Assembly (NCBI RefSeq): GCF_001194135.2
Contig: NC_068984.1
Span: 131,683,396-131,722,519 of the forward strand
Direction: 5' to 3'
Source of the DNA: Octopus bimaculoides
Lineage: Eukaryota
DNA: 39,124 bases
Positions 1 to 11,010 of the stretch are shown here, piece after piece (the stretch's first letter is position 1; each line of letters starts with the position of its first letter). Under the pieces are notes generated by a model that was not told the origin of the DNA, made no database searches, and saw nothing but the letters and a program-made list of their open reading frames with translations. The position numbers and the translations under genes were made by a program.

Positions 1-273
1 AGTCATCGCCTCGGTGAGGCCCAATGTACGAAGGTCTTGCCTCACCACCTCAGCCTAGGTCTTCCTGGGCCTACCTCTTCCACGGGTTCCCTCAACTGTT
101 AGGGTGTGGCACTTTTTCACGCAGCTATCCTCCTCCATTCTCACCACATGTCCATACCAGCGCAATCGTCTCTCTTGCACGCCACAACTGATGCTTCTAA
201 TGTTCAGCTTTTCTCTCAAGATACTTACACTCTGACGGGTATTCACATTGACATTACACATCCAACGGAGCAT
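1..273 (-). mobile_element. RTE-clade LINE fragment (C-terminal part of RT ORF)
   Basis: ORF 55..426 contains LREKLNIRSISCGVQERRLRWYGHVVRM...GRGRPRKT, the typical RTE C-terminal RLRWYGHV/GRGRP motifs; a homologous copy lies at 28690-29290 (+). Confidence 0.85.
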
Positions 274-294
274 ACATATATATATATATATATC

Positions 295-633
295 CAGTGG
301 TTGATGCCAGTGCTGCTGGACTGACTCCCATACTGGTGGCATGTAAAAAGCACCATTTGAGCATGGCGAATGCCAGTGCCATCTGATTGGCTCCCTTGCA
401 GATAGCACATAAAGAGCATTGTTCAAACATGGTCAATGCCAGTGCTGCCAGACTGGCTCCTGTACCGGTGGCACGTAAAAAGCACTGGCTACACTCTGAG
501 AGTGGTTGGCGTTAGGAAGGGCATCCAGCTGTAGAAATCTTACCAGATCAGATTGCAGCCTGGTCCAGCCTCCTGGCCTGCCAGTCCTCAGTTGAACTTT
601 GCAACCCATACCAGCATGAAAAGCGAACATTAA

Positions 634-670
<37 letters not shown>

Positions 671-740
671 CGACGACGACGACAACGACGACGACGATGG
701 TGATGATGATGATGATGATGATAATGATGATGATGATGAT
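295..740 (+). mobile_element. RTE-type 3' UTR/tail module ending in (GAT)n/(GAC)n microsatellite
   Basis: Contains gagtggttggcgttaggaagggcatccagctgtagaaa ... ccagcatgaaaagcgaacattaaatgatgatg; the same tail ends the RTE ORF-bearing copy at 28690-29680. Confidence 0.8.
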
Positions 741-1029
741 GATATATTTATATTTTTATTTATGTGTGTGCATATATATATGTATATATAATTATATTTG
801 TATATGTGTATATTTATATGTGTGTTCTATTGTGTCTAGGGAGAGTCATTTTCTTTTTGTGCCTTATAATTTATATGTGTGTGTATATATATATATAAGC
901 TGAAGTGAATACACCATGGACTTTGTCTTTTTACCCTCTTAGAGGATTTAGGTAAAATTATATAAATGTGTCCATCTGATTAAATTAATTCTATTTATTT
1001 ATTTATTTATGCAGCTGAGGAGAGCTCTT

Positions 1030-1138
1030 TGAATTACAGGTACAACCCATTTTTGCCAGTTGAATTGACTGGAGCAATGTGAAAAAGAATCTCTTGTTCA
1101 CGTTGCCAGGAATTGAACTCATGACCTTACGATCATGA
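1030..1138 (-). mobile_element. tRNA-derived SINE fragment
   Basis: Reverse complement of the head and core of the SINE at 4162-4470 (B-box seen as ggaattgaactc on plus; gactggagcaa core). Confidence 0.55.
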
Positions 1139-1205
1139 AACAAATACCGTAACTACTATGTTCTTTACCTTCACTAAATACATACACACATACATATGTA
1201 ACACA

Positions 1206-1440
1206 TAGTGTGGCAAGCTGGCAGAAACGTTAGCACGCCGGGCGAAATGCATAGCGGAATTTCGTCTGCCGCTACGTTCTGAGTTCAAATTCCGCCGAGG
1301 TCGACTTTGCCTTTCATCCTTTTGGGGTCGATTAAATAAGTACCAGTTACGCACTGGGGTCGATATAATCGACTTAATCCGTTTGTCTGTCCTTGTTTGT
1401 CCCCCTCTGTGTGTAGCCCCTTGTGGGTAGTAAAGAAATA
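1206..1440 (+). mobile_element. Full-length tRNA-derived SINE with 18-bp TSD
   Basis: A-box-like ggcaagctggcagaa, B-box gagttcaaattcc, core gtcgactttgcctttcatcc; direct repeat acatacatatgtaacaca at 1188-1205 and 1441-1458; near-identical inverted copy at 9273-9502. Confidence 0.9.
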
Positions 1441-1446
1441 ACATAC

Positions 1447-1825
1447 ATATGTAACACACTGCCTAGGTACAAATCTTGTGAAATTAGGCTTCTCTAAACC
1501 AGAAAGGAGAAAGCTCATTAGAAGTCTACAGATCCCATCCATTACTGGAACTGTTGAAGTTTGTAAAACTTTCCAGAAGTTTATCATTTAAGTATATATG
1601 CACATGTCTAGACATGCAACTATATGCATGAGAATTTACAGACATAACACAAAATATACAAATCTGCACATGCACTGACTCCAAGCACTGCACATATACA
1701 CACATACATGCTAAAGTATCCTGTTTGTGTTATTAGAATTCCAATGAAGAAGCCTTGGATCTAGGTGAAAAACAGGCTCTTTCTCTACTGGCAAGAAATC
1801 TTGAAATAAAACTGAATAAAGACAT
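1447..1825 (+). mobile_element. 3' end of an RLE-type (R4/Dong-like) non-LTR retrotransposon
   Basis: Plus frame reads YVTHCLGTNLVKLGFSKPERRKLIRSLQIPSITGTVEVCKTFQKFII*, resembling the LQ..(S/A)..GT..I C-terminus of R4-clade ORFs; AATAAA near 1814. Confidence 0.55.
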
Positions 1826-1841
1826 ACACGCAAACATGCTT

Positions 1842-1842
<1 letters not shown>

Positions 1843-1906
<64 letters not shown>
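1843..1906. repeat. (TG)n microsatellite
   Basis: Direct inspection. Confidence 0.95.
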
Positions 1907-1907
<1 letters not shown>

Positions 1908-1910
<3 letters not shown>

Positions 1911-2742
1911 ATAACACTGACATCTCATTTTAACAGATATATTTACCAAAATTACATAAAACTATCTTGAAATACTAAAGAATAAATTTATTCAATAAAA
2001 TCACCATTGGCTTCAACCACGCCCTCCAGATGACTTCAGAATCTCCTCAACTCTTCTGGATGGTCTCCTTGTTTCAGTTGGTGAATGCTTCCATAATATC
2101 TTTGCCTTCAGTTCATCTTCGGTGTTACACGGAGTTTTGTTGCTCTCTCGCCCAACATAATAATCAAGAGGGTTGCAGTCTGGGGAGTTAGGTGGCCAGA
2201 TGTTAGGGGTGATGTGGTCACAGAAATTGTCTGACAGCCATGACTAAGTTCTCCTGCTTGTGTGGAATGGTGCAGAGTCCTGTTGCCAGACATAGGGTCT
2301 TCCAGCAGCCACCCTCTTGATCCTGGGTAGCACTACCTCCTCCAGGCACTTGATGTAGGTCTCCGTGTTGAGTCTGAGGCTGTGTGGGAAGATAAATGGA
2401 AGCATAACGTTGCCATCATCACTGATCACTCCAAACACAATGATGTTGATTCAATGTTTGGTTTTTATCACTCTTGGTACATGTCCTAAGATCGTACTGT
2501 TCTCAGATTGACACCCAAACACTCTGAAATGTTTGTATTGGAGCTTCCAGCTCGAATGCCAAGCAGTACAGTATGTTGTTTCCAAACTTCTGGTAGAGCG
2601 AATTGAGTCATGATGCTGTTTTTCTTACAGACAGTGCCAAACAGACCTTACTATACTGTGTAATCGACAAAATCAAAAACAAACAATGCACATGCGTGAA
2701 ATTAGGAATATATAATGGCAGCAATTTACCCATCACACCCTG
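1908..2742 (-). mobile_element. Internally deleted IS630-Tc1-mariner DD37D (maT) element
   Basis: Begins TA|CAGGGTG at 2744-2736 (-); N-terminal MTQFALPEVWKQHTVLLGIRAGSSNTNISECLGVNLRTVR from ATG at 2611 is joined near 2490 to VFGVISDDG...QQDSAP...WPPNSPDCNPLDY; 37 residues lie between the last two Asp; one in-frame TAG. Confidence 0.85.
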
Positions 2743-2750
2743 TATATATA

Positions 2751-3022
2751 CATCATCGTCATCATTTAACGTCTGCTTTCCATACTGTCATGGGTTGGAC
2801 AGTCTGATTGAGGTCTGAAGAGCTAGCAGCAGCACCAGGTTCCAACCTGATCTGGCAATGTTTCTACAGCTGGATGCCCTTCCTTATGCCAACCACTCCG
2901 AGAGTGTAGCAGATGCTTTTTACATGCCAGGAGCCAGTCAGGTGGGCCTGGCATCGTTCACATTCCAATAGTGTTTTTTACGTGTCACTGGCATGGGGGC
3001 CAGTAAGGGAGTACTGGCATCG
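2751..3022 (-). mobile_element. RTE-type 3' tail copy
   Basis: catcatcgtcatcatttaacgtctgctttcca...cagctggatgcccttcc is the reverse complement of the shared tail. Confidence 0.8.
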
Positions 3023-3688
3023 GCCACATTTGGATGTGTGTGGGAAAAGGAACATGAAAAGAAATAGACAATGGTGGAGAGGAATTATAAGGAAGTCATT
3101 GACAGAAAGTGCAGTAAGAAGGATTGTTGGAGTAGAAGCTAGAAGGTAAAAAATGAGAAGGGATATTAATGATGATAAAGGGTAAAGTGTTTAAAACACA
3201 TCTTTGTTGGAATTGTGTAGATTCTGTGAGAATTGTATATTGCTAAAAAGTGGATTACTTCTTAAGACTTAAAAGTTTCATGCGACTGATTATTCATCAG
3301 CAATACTAAAATAATGAAGCCACAAGCCAGGTACTACCAACAACTTGTTTCACAGTTGGGTGGTCTACATCTAAGCCAGTTTCTTGACCCAGCTTAGCAT
3401 GTAAGGGAGGTGTATAGCACCCAGTTCAGGTAAAAAATATATTATGCCAAAGGCAAAAGAGCTTCTCACAGAGAAACCAAAAGCCAATCATAACTGGAAA
3501 GAAGATAAACACCACCAGATTATCTACCAACACACTTTGCTGGGCATCAACTTATTCTTTGCACAGCAGATTTTCAAAGGAACAATGAGGAAAACATAAT
3601 GGAAAATTGGATATTTGAAGGTGTTGGCTACCTGATTTGTTATGTGGTTAAAGACGTCAAATTCATTTTGTACAAAATTAACCAGCAA

Positions 3689-4107
3689 GAACTTTAGAAA
3701 ATGGTGACAAGTTGATATAAACTTAGATCTTTGTTCCATGTTAAAGTAAGAGTGGAGGATGTTGTGGATTTTCTCTGTAAGATTTAATTATTTAAATTTA
3801 ATTGTTTCTATGTACTAAATAAACTGATGCATTAATCTGTCATCACTGGAGCACTGGATCATTGTATGCATGTACAGGGAATATATAAAGAACATGCAAA
3901 GAAGGAATACATCAGGAACTTTAGCAAATGGTGAAAAGTTGACAAAAACTCAGATCTTTGTTCAGTATTAAAGTAAGAGTGGTGGATGTTGTGGATTGTT
4001 TCTATGTACTAAATTAACTAATGCATGAATGTGTCATCACTAGAGCACTGGATCATTGTATGTATGTACAGGGAATATATCAGGAACATGCAAAGAAGGA
4101 ATGCATA
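3689..4107. repeat. Imperfect tandem duplication (about 227 bp + about 192 bp)
   Basis: gaactttag...gaacatgcaaagaaggaat at 3689-3915 and again at 3916-4107; the second copy lacks an AT-rich internal stretch. Confidence 0.9.
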
Positions 4108-4161
4108 GATATTAATACAGGATGCAGAAAGAATTTGTTTAAGCATTACTTAAGCAAAAAC

Positions 4162-4470
4162 TGTAGTGGTTAAGGTATTCAGCTCATGATCACAAGGCCT
4201 GAGTTCAATTCCTGGTGATGTGTTGTGTCCTTGAGCAAGACACTTTATTTTGCCTTGCTCCAGTCCACTCAGCTGGCAAATATGAATAGTACTTGAATTT
4301 CAAAGGACCAGCCTTGTCACACTCTGTGTCACTCTGAATCTCCCTGACAACTATATTAATTGTATACATGTCTGTGGAGTACTCAGCCACTTGTATGTTA
4401 ATTCCATGAGCAGGCTGTTCCATTAATTAGATCAACTGGAACCCTTGTCATCATAACCGACAGAGAGCCA
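4162..4470 (+). mobile_element. tRNA-derived SINE (second family, possibly Meta-SINE-like core)
   Basis: A-box tgtagtggttaagg, B-box gagttcaattcc, core gtgtccttgagcaagacac...gctccagtccactcagctg; family assignment not verified. Confidence 0.75.
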
Positions 4471-5529
4471 AGCAAAAACTGATAATCAGTTAACAATCTA
4501 TAACAATCGTAAGAGCACTTGCAATAGCAAGGTAAAAATTACCATAGAGAACAGGGAAATCCAGGGAAATAAGAGATGTTCTGTCTCAGAAAAGCATTAT
4601 AAAAATAGTTCAAACAGTGGAATATATTTTATGTTGAGTAAGAAGAGACACCTAATTGTTTAGATATTTGTCCTTGAAAGAAAAAAAAAAAAAGGCAGTA
4701 ACACTGCAACAATGTGTTACGATATTTATTACAATTTCTCTCCCTCTCAAAAGAAGTGACTAAATCATTAGACTTCTCATCTTCATTGCATAAAATATAT
4801 TTAACATTTAAAAAAATTACATTGTCATTGAAAACATTGTAGAGATTACAAAACTTTGTCAGTCTATATTTTAATAAGAACCACGTCTCTCTGTTGATCC
4901 ACTTTTTAGTTAAACAATATTAAAAAATTATTCAGATTTATTAAGCCTTTGCTAAGAATGACAAACTAAATTTCAATACTTTTCAACTAATTAAAAAACG
5001 CCTAATATAATATCTTTTTTGTTTTTTTTGACAATGAAAACAGAGGTAAAGTTAATAACTCTTCCCAATCCTTTCAATGGGAATATGTATTTAAGCTAAA
5101 TTTATTTTATATTAAAGGTAATATTTTGAATGGACAACCTTAAATTTAAATTTTAAATTTTGTTTTTTTGTCATCAGTAAAGTGATGTATTGAACTCGAC
5201 ATATGAAAAATACATAAATGCATGGATGTTTAAGTATGTTAATTAAATAATATGAATAAGTCAATAGCACATAGAGTAAATGTTAGGAATATAAAAGCTT
5301 CATAATAATTATTGATTTTTGTGATGATGGTGATGATGGTATAACATAAAGGATTATAAGCATGTAAGTTCTGGAAATATATGGACCAAACAGACATGTG
5401 GAGGATCTGCATAGAATGGGGAATATGAGTTTGAAATGTGGGATGCAATGTGCTGACTGGGACCTCTTCAGGAAATTTATAAAGACAAGGGAATCTTCAT
5501 GCTGAGATACTGAAATACCAAGTAATATT

Positions 5530-5719
5530 CTTTTCTACTCTAGGCACAAGGCCCAAAATTTGGGGGAGGGGTGGCCAGTCGATTACATCGACACCAGTAC
5601 ACAACTGGTATTTAATTTATCGACCCCTAAAGGATGAAAGGTAATTTGAACTCACAATGTAAAGACAGATGAAATATATAAATATATATACATATATGCA
5701 TACATATATATATATGTGT

Positions 5720-5812
<93 letters not shown>

Positions 5813-6110
5813 TGCATACATATATATATACATATCATTTGACAATGAAAATAGACGTAAAGCCTTGTGAGTGGATTTGGTAGACAGAAACTGAAAGAAA
5901 TCCGTTGTATATATGTATACATATATGTATGTGTGTGTGTCAGTGTTTGTCCCCCCAACATCGCTTGACAACTGATGCTGTTGTGTTTACGTCCCCGTAA
6001 CTTAGTGGTTTGGCAAAAGAGTCCTTGGGTTGATTTGCTTGACTAAAGGCAGTGCTCCAACATGGCCACAGTCAAATGATTGAAACAGGTAAAAGAGTAA
6101 AAAAGTAAAG
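5530..6110. mobile_element. Two SINE remnants (5530-5670 minus; 5855-6110 plus) separated by a long (TA)n tract
   Basis: Matches to the SINE families at 1206-1440 and 7570-7947; (TA)n at about 5675-5830. Confidence 0.7.
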
Positions 6111-6151
6111 AATATATACATATATATTTACATATATATTTACATATATAT

Positions 6152-6339
6152 NNNNNNNNNNNNNNNNNNNNNNNNNNNNNNNNNNNNNNNNNNNNNNNNN
6201 NNNNNNNNNNNNNNNNNNNNNNNNNNNNNNNNNNNNNNNNNNNNNNNNNNNNNNNNNNNNNNNNNNNNNNNNNNNNNNNNNNNNNNNNNNNNNNNNNNNN
6301 NNNNNNNNNNNNNNNNNNNNNNNNNNNNNNNNNNNNNNN
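6152..6339. other. Assembly gap
   Basis: Run of N within (TA)n. Confidence 1.
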
Positions 6340-6346
6340 ATATATA

Positions 6347-6533
6347 CCGGAGTAAGCACATAAAATGTGCAACAAGGTTGAAAAAAGAGTACTCAAATAC
6401 CAGAGGTAGAGTAATATGCTTTATTTAAAAGCAGCAAAAATATAACAAAAGACTGTTACTCTGAGTTTCACGTTCCCGTTCATCGAACAGTTTTGTTAGA
6501 AATGGGAAAGGAATAACAATGCAATCAAAAGTA
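6347..6533 (-). mobile_element. Short Penelope-like non-autonomous repeat (family B) embedded in (TA)n
   Basis: About 190-bp non-microsatellite unit flanked by TA repeats on both sides; carries an HHR-like fold and AATAAA on the minus strand. Confidence 0.55.
6443..6498 (-). ncRNA. Degenerate minimal type I hammerhead ribozyme motif (family B)
   Basis: Minus strand: TAACAAAA-CTGT / TCGATGA / ACG-GGAA-CGT / GAAA / CTC-A-GAG / TA / ACAG-TC-TTTTGTTA. Stems I, II and III all pair; cleavage triplet GUA; core C3/U4 read U/C. Confidence 0.6.
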
Positions 6534-6689
6534 ATATATATATATATATACACACATATATATACATATATATACATATATATTTTTGTCCACCTGTTGT
6601 AAACTCTCATGTTCTCCATCTACCTGACTCTTATTCTCCTTTTTCCATTTGTGCTATTTCCCTCAAATATATAAATGTGCATGTGTGTG

Positions 6690-6861
6690 TGCCATGTAAA
6701 ATGCACCGAGTCTACTCTGTAGAGCAGTTGGTGTTAGAAAGAGCTTCCAGCCACAGAAACAATGCCAAAACAGGCACAAAGCCTGAGCAGCTCCTGTCAA
6801 ACTATCATCCCATGCCAGCATGGAAAATGAATGTTAAATGATGATGATATTTCTCTCTCTC

Positions 6862-6937
<76 letters not shown>

Positions 6938-7380
6938 GTCAGACAACCTTGTACTTCTTCTACAGCAAGACACCTGTTTCTGTCTCTCTGTCTCACTCTA
7001 ACGCTTTTCATCATCTGACACAAGATCGTCTCCTCCAATGCCTCCTCCCGTTTTGAAATTTTTTTTTATTTTTGTTTTGCAAGTACTTGGTGACCCTGTC
7101 AGTGCAGGTGCCACTTAAAAGCACCCAGTCCACAAGTGGTTGGTGTTTGGAAGGGCATCCAGCTGCAAAAACCTTGCCAAAACTGACCTAGCCTGTGCTT
7201 GTGTCACATAAAAAGCACGAAGTCCACTCTGCTGAGTGGTTGGTGTTAGGAAGAGCATCCAGCTGTAAAAATCCTGCCAAAACAGTCACAGATGTATGGT
7301 GCAGGCTTCTGCCTGGTCAGCTCTTATGAAATGGTCCCACCCATGCTAGCATGGAAGGTGGACGTTAAACAATGATATGA
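6690..7380 (+). mobile_element. Two RTE-tail copies separated by (CT)n
   Basis: Shared tail motifs at 6720-6847 and 7085-7380; (CT)n at about 6852-6935. Confidence 0.7.
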
Positions 7381-7569
7381 CTGCCTTTTTTGTAATTTCC
7401 AAATACCAAATCTACTTGTAAAGGTTTGGTCTGCCCAGGGCTATAGTGAAAGACACTTACTCAAAGTGCTGCTCAGTGGGATTAAACACAAGACTACATG
7501 GCTGGGAAGCAATCTTCTTAATCACCAGTCCATGCCTACCCAAATACTAAATCATGAATTTGTATATAC

Positions 7570-7947
7570 TCTTTTACTTGTTTCAGTCATTTGACTGCGG
7601 CCATGCACCTTTAGTCGAGCAAATCGATCCCAGGATTTATTCTTTGTAAGCCTAGTACTTATTCTATCGGTACCTTTTGCCGAACCGCTAAGATACGGGG
7701 ACGTAAACACACCAGCATCGGCTGTCAAGCGATGTTGGGGGGACAAACACAGACACACAAACACATATATATATACATATATACAACAGGCTTCTTTCAG
7801 TTTCCGTCTACCAAATCCACTCACAAGGCTTTGGTCGGCCTGGGGCTATTAGTAGAAGACACTTGCCCAAGGTGCCACGCAGTGGGACTGAACCCGGAAC
7901 CATGTGGTTGGTAAGCAAGCTACTTACCACACAGCCACTCCTGTGCC
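7570..7947 (-). mobile_element. Near full-length tRNA-derived SINE (third family) with internal (TA)n
   Basis: Minus strand starts ggcacaggagtggctgtgtggtaag (A-box), then ggttccgggttcagtccc (B-box region); ends ...gactgaaacaagtaaaagag; remnants at 5855-6110, 29875-30295 and 32140-32350. Confidence 0.85.
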
Positions 7948-8410
7948 TTATTATAGAGTATTGTTATAATTCATCTGTTTAAAATGTTAGTTTTGTGCAT
8001 ATAAAATGCCAAAAATGTCTAGCTGTTTGTTTACTTTGTGAATAGAAAGCATGACAATGAATTTACCAAAGAGGTGTTTGGTATGAAAATGAATTTATTG
8101 ACGAAGTATGATTTGGCTGGCAAGATAATTAATTGCTTAATGATGAAATTAACTGGCTAGAAAAATTATAGATAATGTATTTACTGCAATCTAATTATCC
8201 ACAATGAATTTATGAGATGTGTGAATTCACTTGTGTGATGTATGTATTTGTCCTGTATGCATGTATCCATATCTATTTAAGTGTGTCTATACATGTGTCA
8301 AAAAATACATTTATATATGTGTTTGTATGGTTGTATGCATGTGTGTATGTGTGTGCATGTGTGTGTATGTGTGTGTATGTGTGTCCATATAGATTTGTGT
8401 AAATATATGT

Positions 8411-8451
<41 letters not shown>

Positions 8452-8459
8452 TATATATA

Positions 8460-8620
8460 TATCATCATCATCATCATCATCATAATCATTATCATTTAAC
8501 ATCTGCTTTCCATGCTGGCATGGATTAGATGGTTTGACAGGAGCTGGCTAGGCAGAAGACTGCACTGTTTGTTTCGGCAGGGTTTTTATACCTGAATGCC
8601 CTTCCTAACACCAATCACCT
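8460..8620 (-). mobile_element. RTE-type 3' tail copy
   Basis: (CAT)n followed by ttaacatctgctttccatgctggcatgg. Confidence 0.7.
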
Positions 8621-8773
8621 CACAGAAATTATTGAAATTAGTAATTACTCATTTTACCCCATTCTAGACATTTTTGGAAACTTGAAAATGATCAAATTAG
8701 ACATTAGTGTGGGAGAAAATTGACTTGGAGACATTAAGTCTCCAAGAAAATCCAACAGAAAAAAGAATATTGA

Positions 8774-8812
<39 letters not shown>

Positions 8813-9272
8813 CCAGAAATATTTTAGCGACCTCAATTACAATCGGGTCAAAACTGAGGGGAAATTTCTTGAAAGAAAGTACCTGTCATCTATGTTTCAG
8901 ACTCTCTCAACTTCAACAAATATGCAGACCAATTTTTACTCCAAGAGATAATGCAACAATGCAAAATTATGATGCAATACTTGCAACGTAGTGACTTCAA
9001 ACAGGTTGGGAGAAAATAATGAGAGTTCAGAAATTACTCATTTTACCCCGGTTACAAACCCACCAACATACACACCCAATACCTTCCAAGAAAAAGAACT
9101 TAAATGAAAATAAGGTCTGGTGTTTTTTTGTTTTTTGTTCCTTACTTATTTTTCATTATATATTTTGGTGGGCAAAAACCGATCTATTTTATGTGTCCTT
9201 GAAGGATGACTAGCAAAATTACCAATGATAAGATTTGAACTGAGAACGTAAAGAACCGGAAGAAATATTTTT

Positions 9273-9502
9273 TTATTTCTTTACTGCCCACAAGGGGCTA
9301 AACATAGAGGAGACAAACAAGGACAGACAAAAGGATTAAGTCGATTATATCAACCCCAGTGCGTAACTGGTACTTAATTTATCGACCCCGAAAGGATGAA
9401 AGGCAAAGTCGACCTCGGCGGAATTTGAACTCAGAACGCAATGGCAGGCGAAATACCGCTAAGCATTTCGCCCGGTGTGCTAACGTTTCTGCCAGCTCGC
9501 CG
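9273..9502 (-). mobile_element. Full-length tRNA-derived SINE (same family as 1206-1440)
   Basis: Reverse complement aligns along its length to 1212-1440. Confidence 0.9.
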
Positions 9503-9676
9503 CAAGGCCTTTCGTCCGACGCTCGTAGCGAATGTGCCAATCCCACCAACCAATGTCAAACTGTCGCAGTTACCGTTGGTATTCGACGACAAAATTCAAT
9601 AATTACTGACGAAATACGTGTCGTTCAAACCACAGTAGCGAATGTTTCTAATCATTTTTCCTACAACGTTTCACAG
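9503..9676. promoter_or_regulatory. Candidate CpG-rich promoter with two CCAAT boxes
   Basis: CCAAT at 9537-9541 and 9550-9554; abrupt rise in CpG relative to non-repeat DNA in 1-9250; strong splice donor just downstream at 9710. Confidence 0.3.
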
Positions 9677-10950
9677 ATTAAGAAGATACGGTCTTTATCT
9701 CCTGGCGTGGTAAGTAAACACCAATATTTAATTGCATCTTGCACTTTAGGAAGGACGCTCCAATGGTGCCGCGATTATTTCTATTACTTTTATTGAATTT
9801 CATTATTTGTTGAAGCAGAAGCATGTGGTGAGTTATTATAAGTAAATCCTCATATAGAAAACGTATGATGTTAGACATAAATGTCATTTATTAACATAGA
9901 TATTCGTATATTGAATAAGTTTTATGCTCATACAGAATCACGGTTTTATCAAAGTTACAGAACAGAAGAATTTTGTGGAAAAATTCTTAAATGAAATTAA
10001 GTGTTTTCTTTTAATTATTTTTTCCCTCCTCTGTTGTTTTCAACAGGAGCTTTTTGAGAAACGTGTCGTGAATATTTTTAATCACTTTTCAGATATATTT
10101 TTTGTAGAAATTTTTGGGATTTAAGATAGTAAATATATTCATACATATTGGTTGATTTGCATGGCATTTTTTTTCACTTTCATTTTCGTCAAAATAAGTT
10201 AGCTTTTGAAAATCAATTATATAAGTTATTTCTTTATATGTTTCTCGAAAGATCTATTTTAGGACAGGGTTTAAAAGATGTATTTTTTTAATTGTAGTTT
10301 TGAGGTAATTTAATATTATTTTTTTAAAGTCTGGTACTTAGACTAATAGAATAAGTACCATGCTTAAAAATATGTTTTGGGGGTCGATTTCTTCGACTAA
10401 AATTCTTCAAGGCAGTGCCCCAGCACGGTTGCAGTTTATTGTTTCAGTCCAATGACTGAAAACACATAAGATAAAAATACATATTTAGTGGTTTCTGTAA
10501 ACTGATGTGACTCTATTCTTTTTCTCTAGCTCCCCTGCTCAACATTAATTTATTAATTAAAGTTTATTCCCTAATATTCATATTGAATGTCATGTTATTT
10601 TTTTTTTAAAAAGCAAGAAGAAAAAAAAGTGTCTTCTATATTCTTGCCAACCCCTGAACATCTTGCAGTATTTAAACGATTATATCATATCTCAAAATTA
10701 AATTAATAAATGCCAAAAGCTTACAATCTTTAACAGCCCCTATTCCAGATCACAACTACAAAATTTTTTTATTATGCCCCATAGTCCGGGTACACCTGTC
10801 CTTTCGTCATTCTTATTCAATCTCGACCTTTCTAAACACATCACTGACACTTATCCCCAATTATTTAATTCCTCCACACAATTACAACCGTGTAAGAGAC
10901 CCACCACGTACAGGAGCTTTTTATATTTCTTTCGGCATCAACCATCAGAT

Positions 10951-11010
10951 ATGGAAGACCATGAAGTCCTGTATGTTCCGACTTCCTTCTTCCAAATAAA
11001 CCAGGAGTCG
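10951..11010 (+). CDS. Candidate coding exon of an unidentified gene (MEDHEVLYVPTSFFQINQES)
   Basis: Acceptor ...catcag|AT at 10948/10949, donor TCG|gtaact at 11010/11011; only one frame is open; phase 0 matches the next candidate exon at 12077. Confidence 0.3.

Noticed and set aside
634-903. Poly-Met/Thr, poly-IY, poly-HT/CV and poly-SL ORFs here and elsewhere in the ORF track
   Set aside because: Translations of microsatellites or N gaps.
9763-9827. Signal-peptide-like MVPRLFLLLLL...LFVEAEAC ending at a phase-1 donor
   Set aside because: It needs a 1-bp frameshift (TGA at 9811-9813 in frame); the Leu/Phe run is equally explained by a T-rich acceptor tract before a 12-nt microexon.
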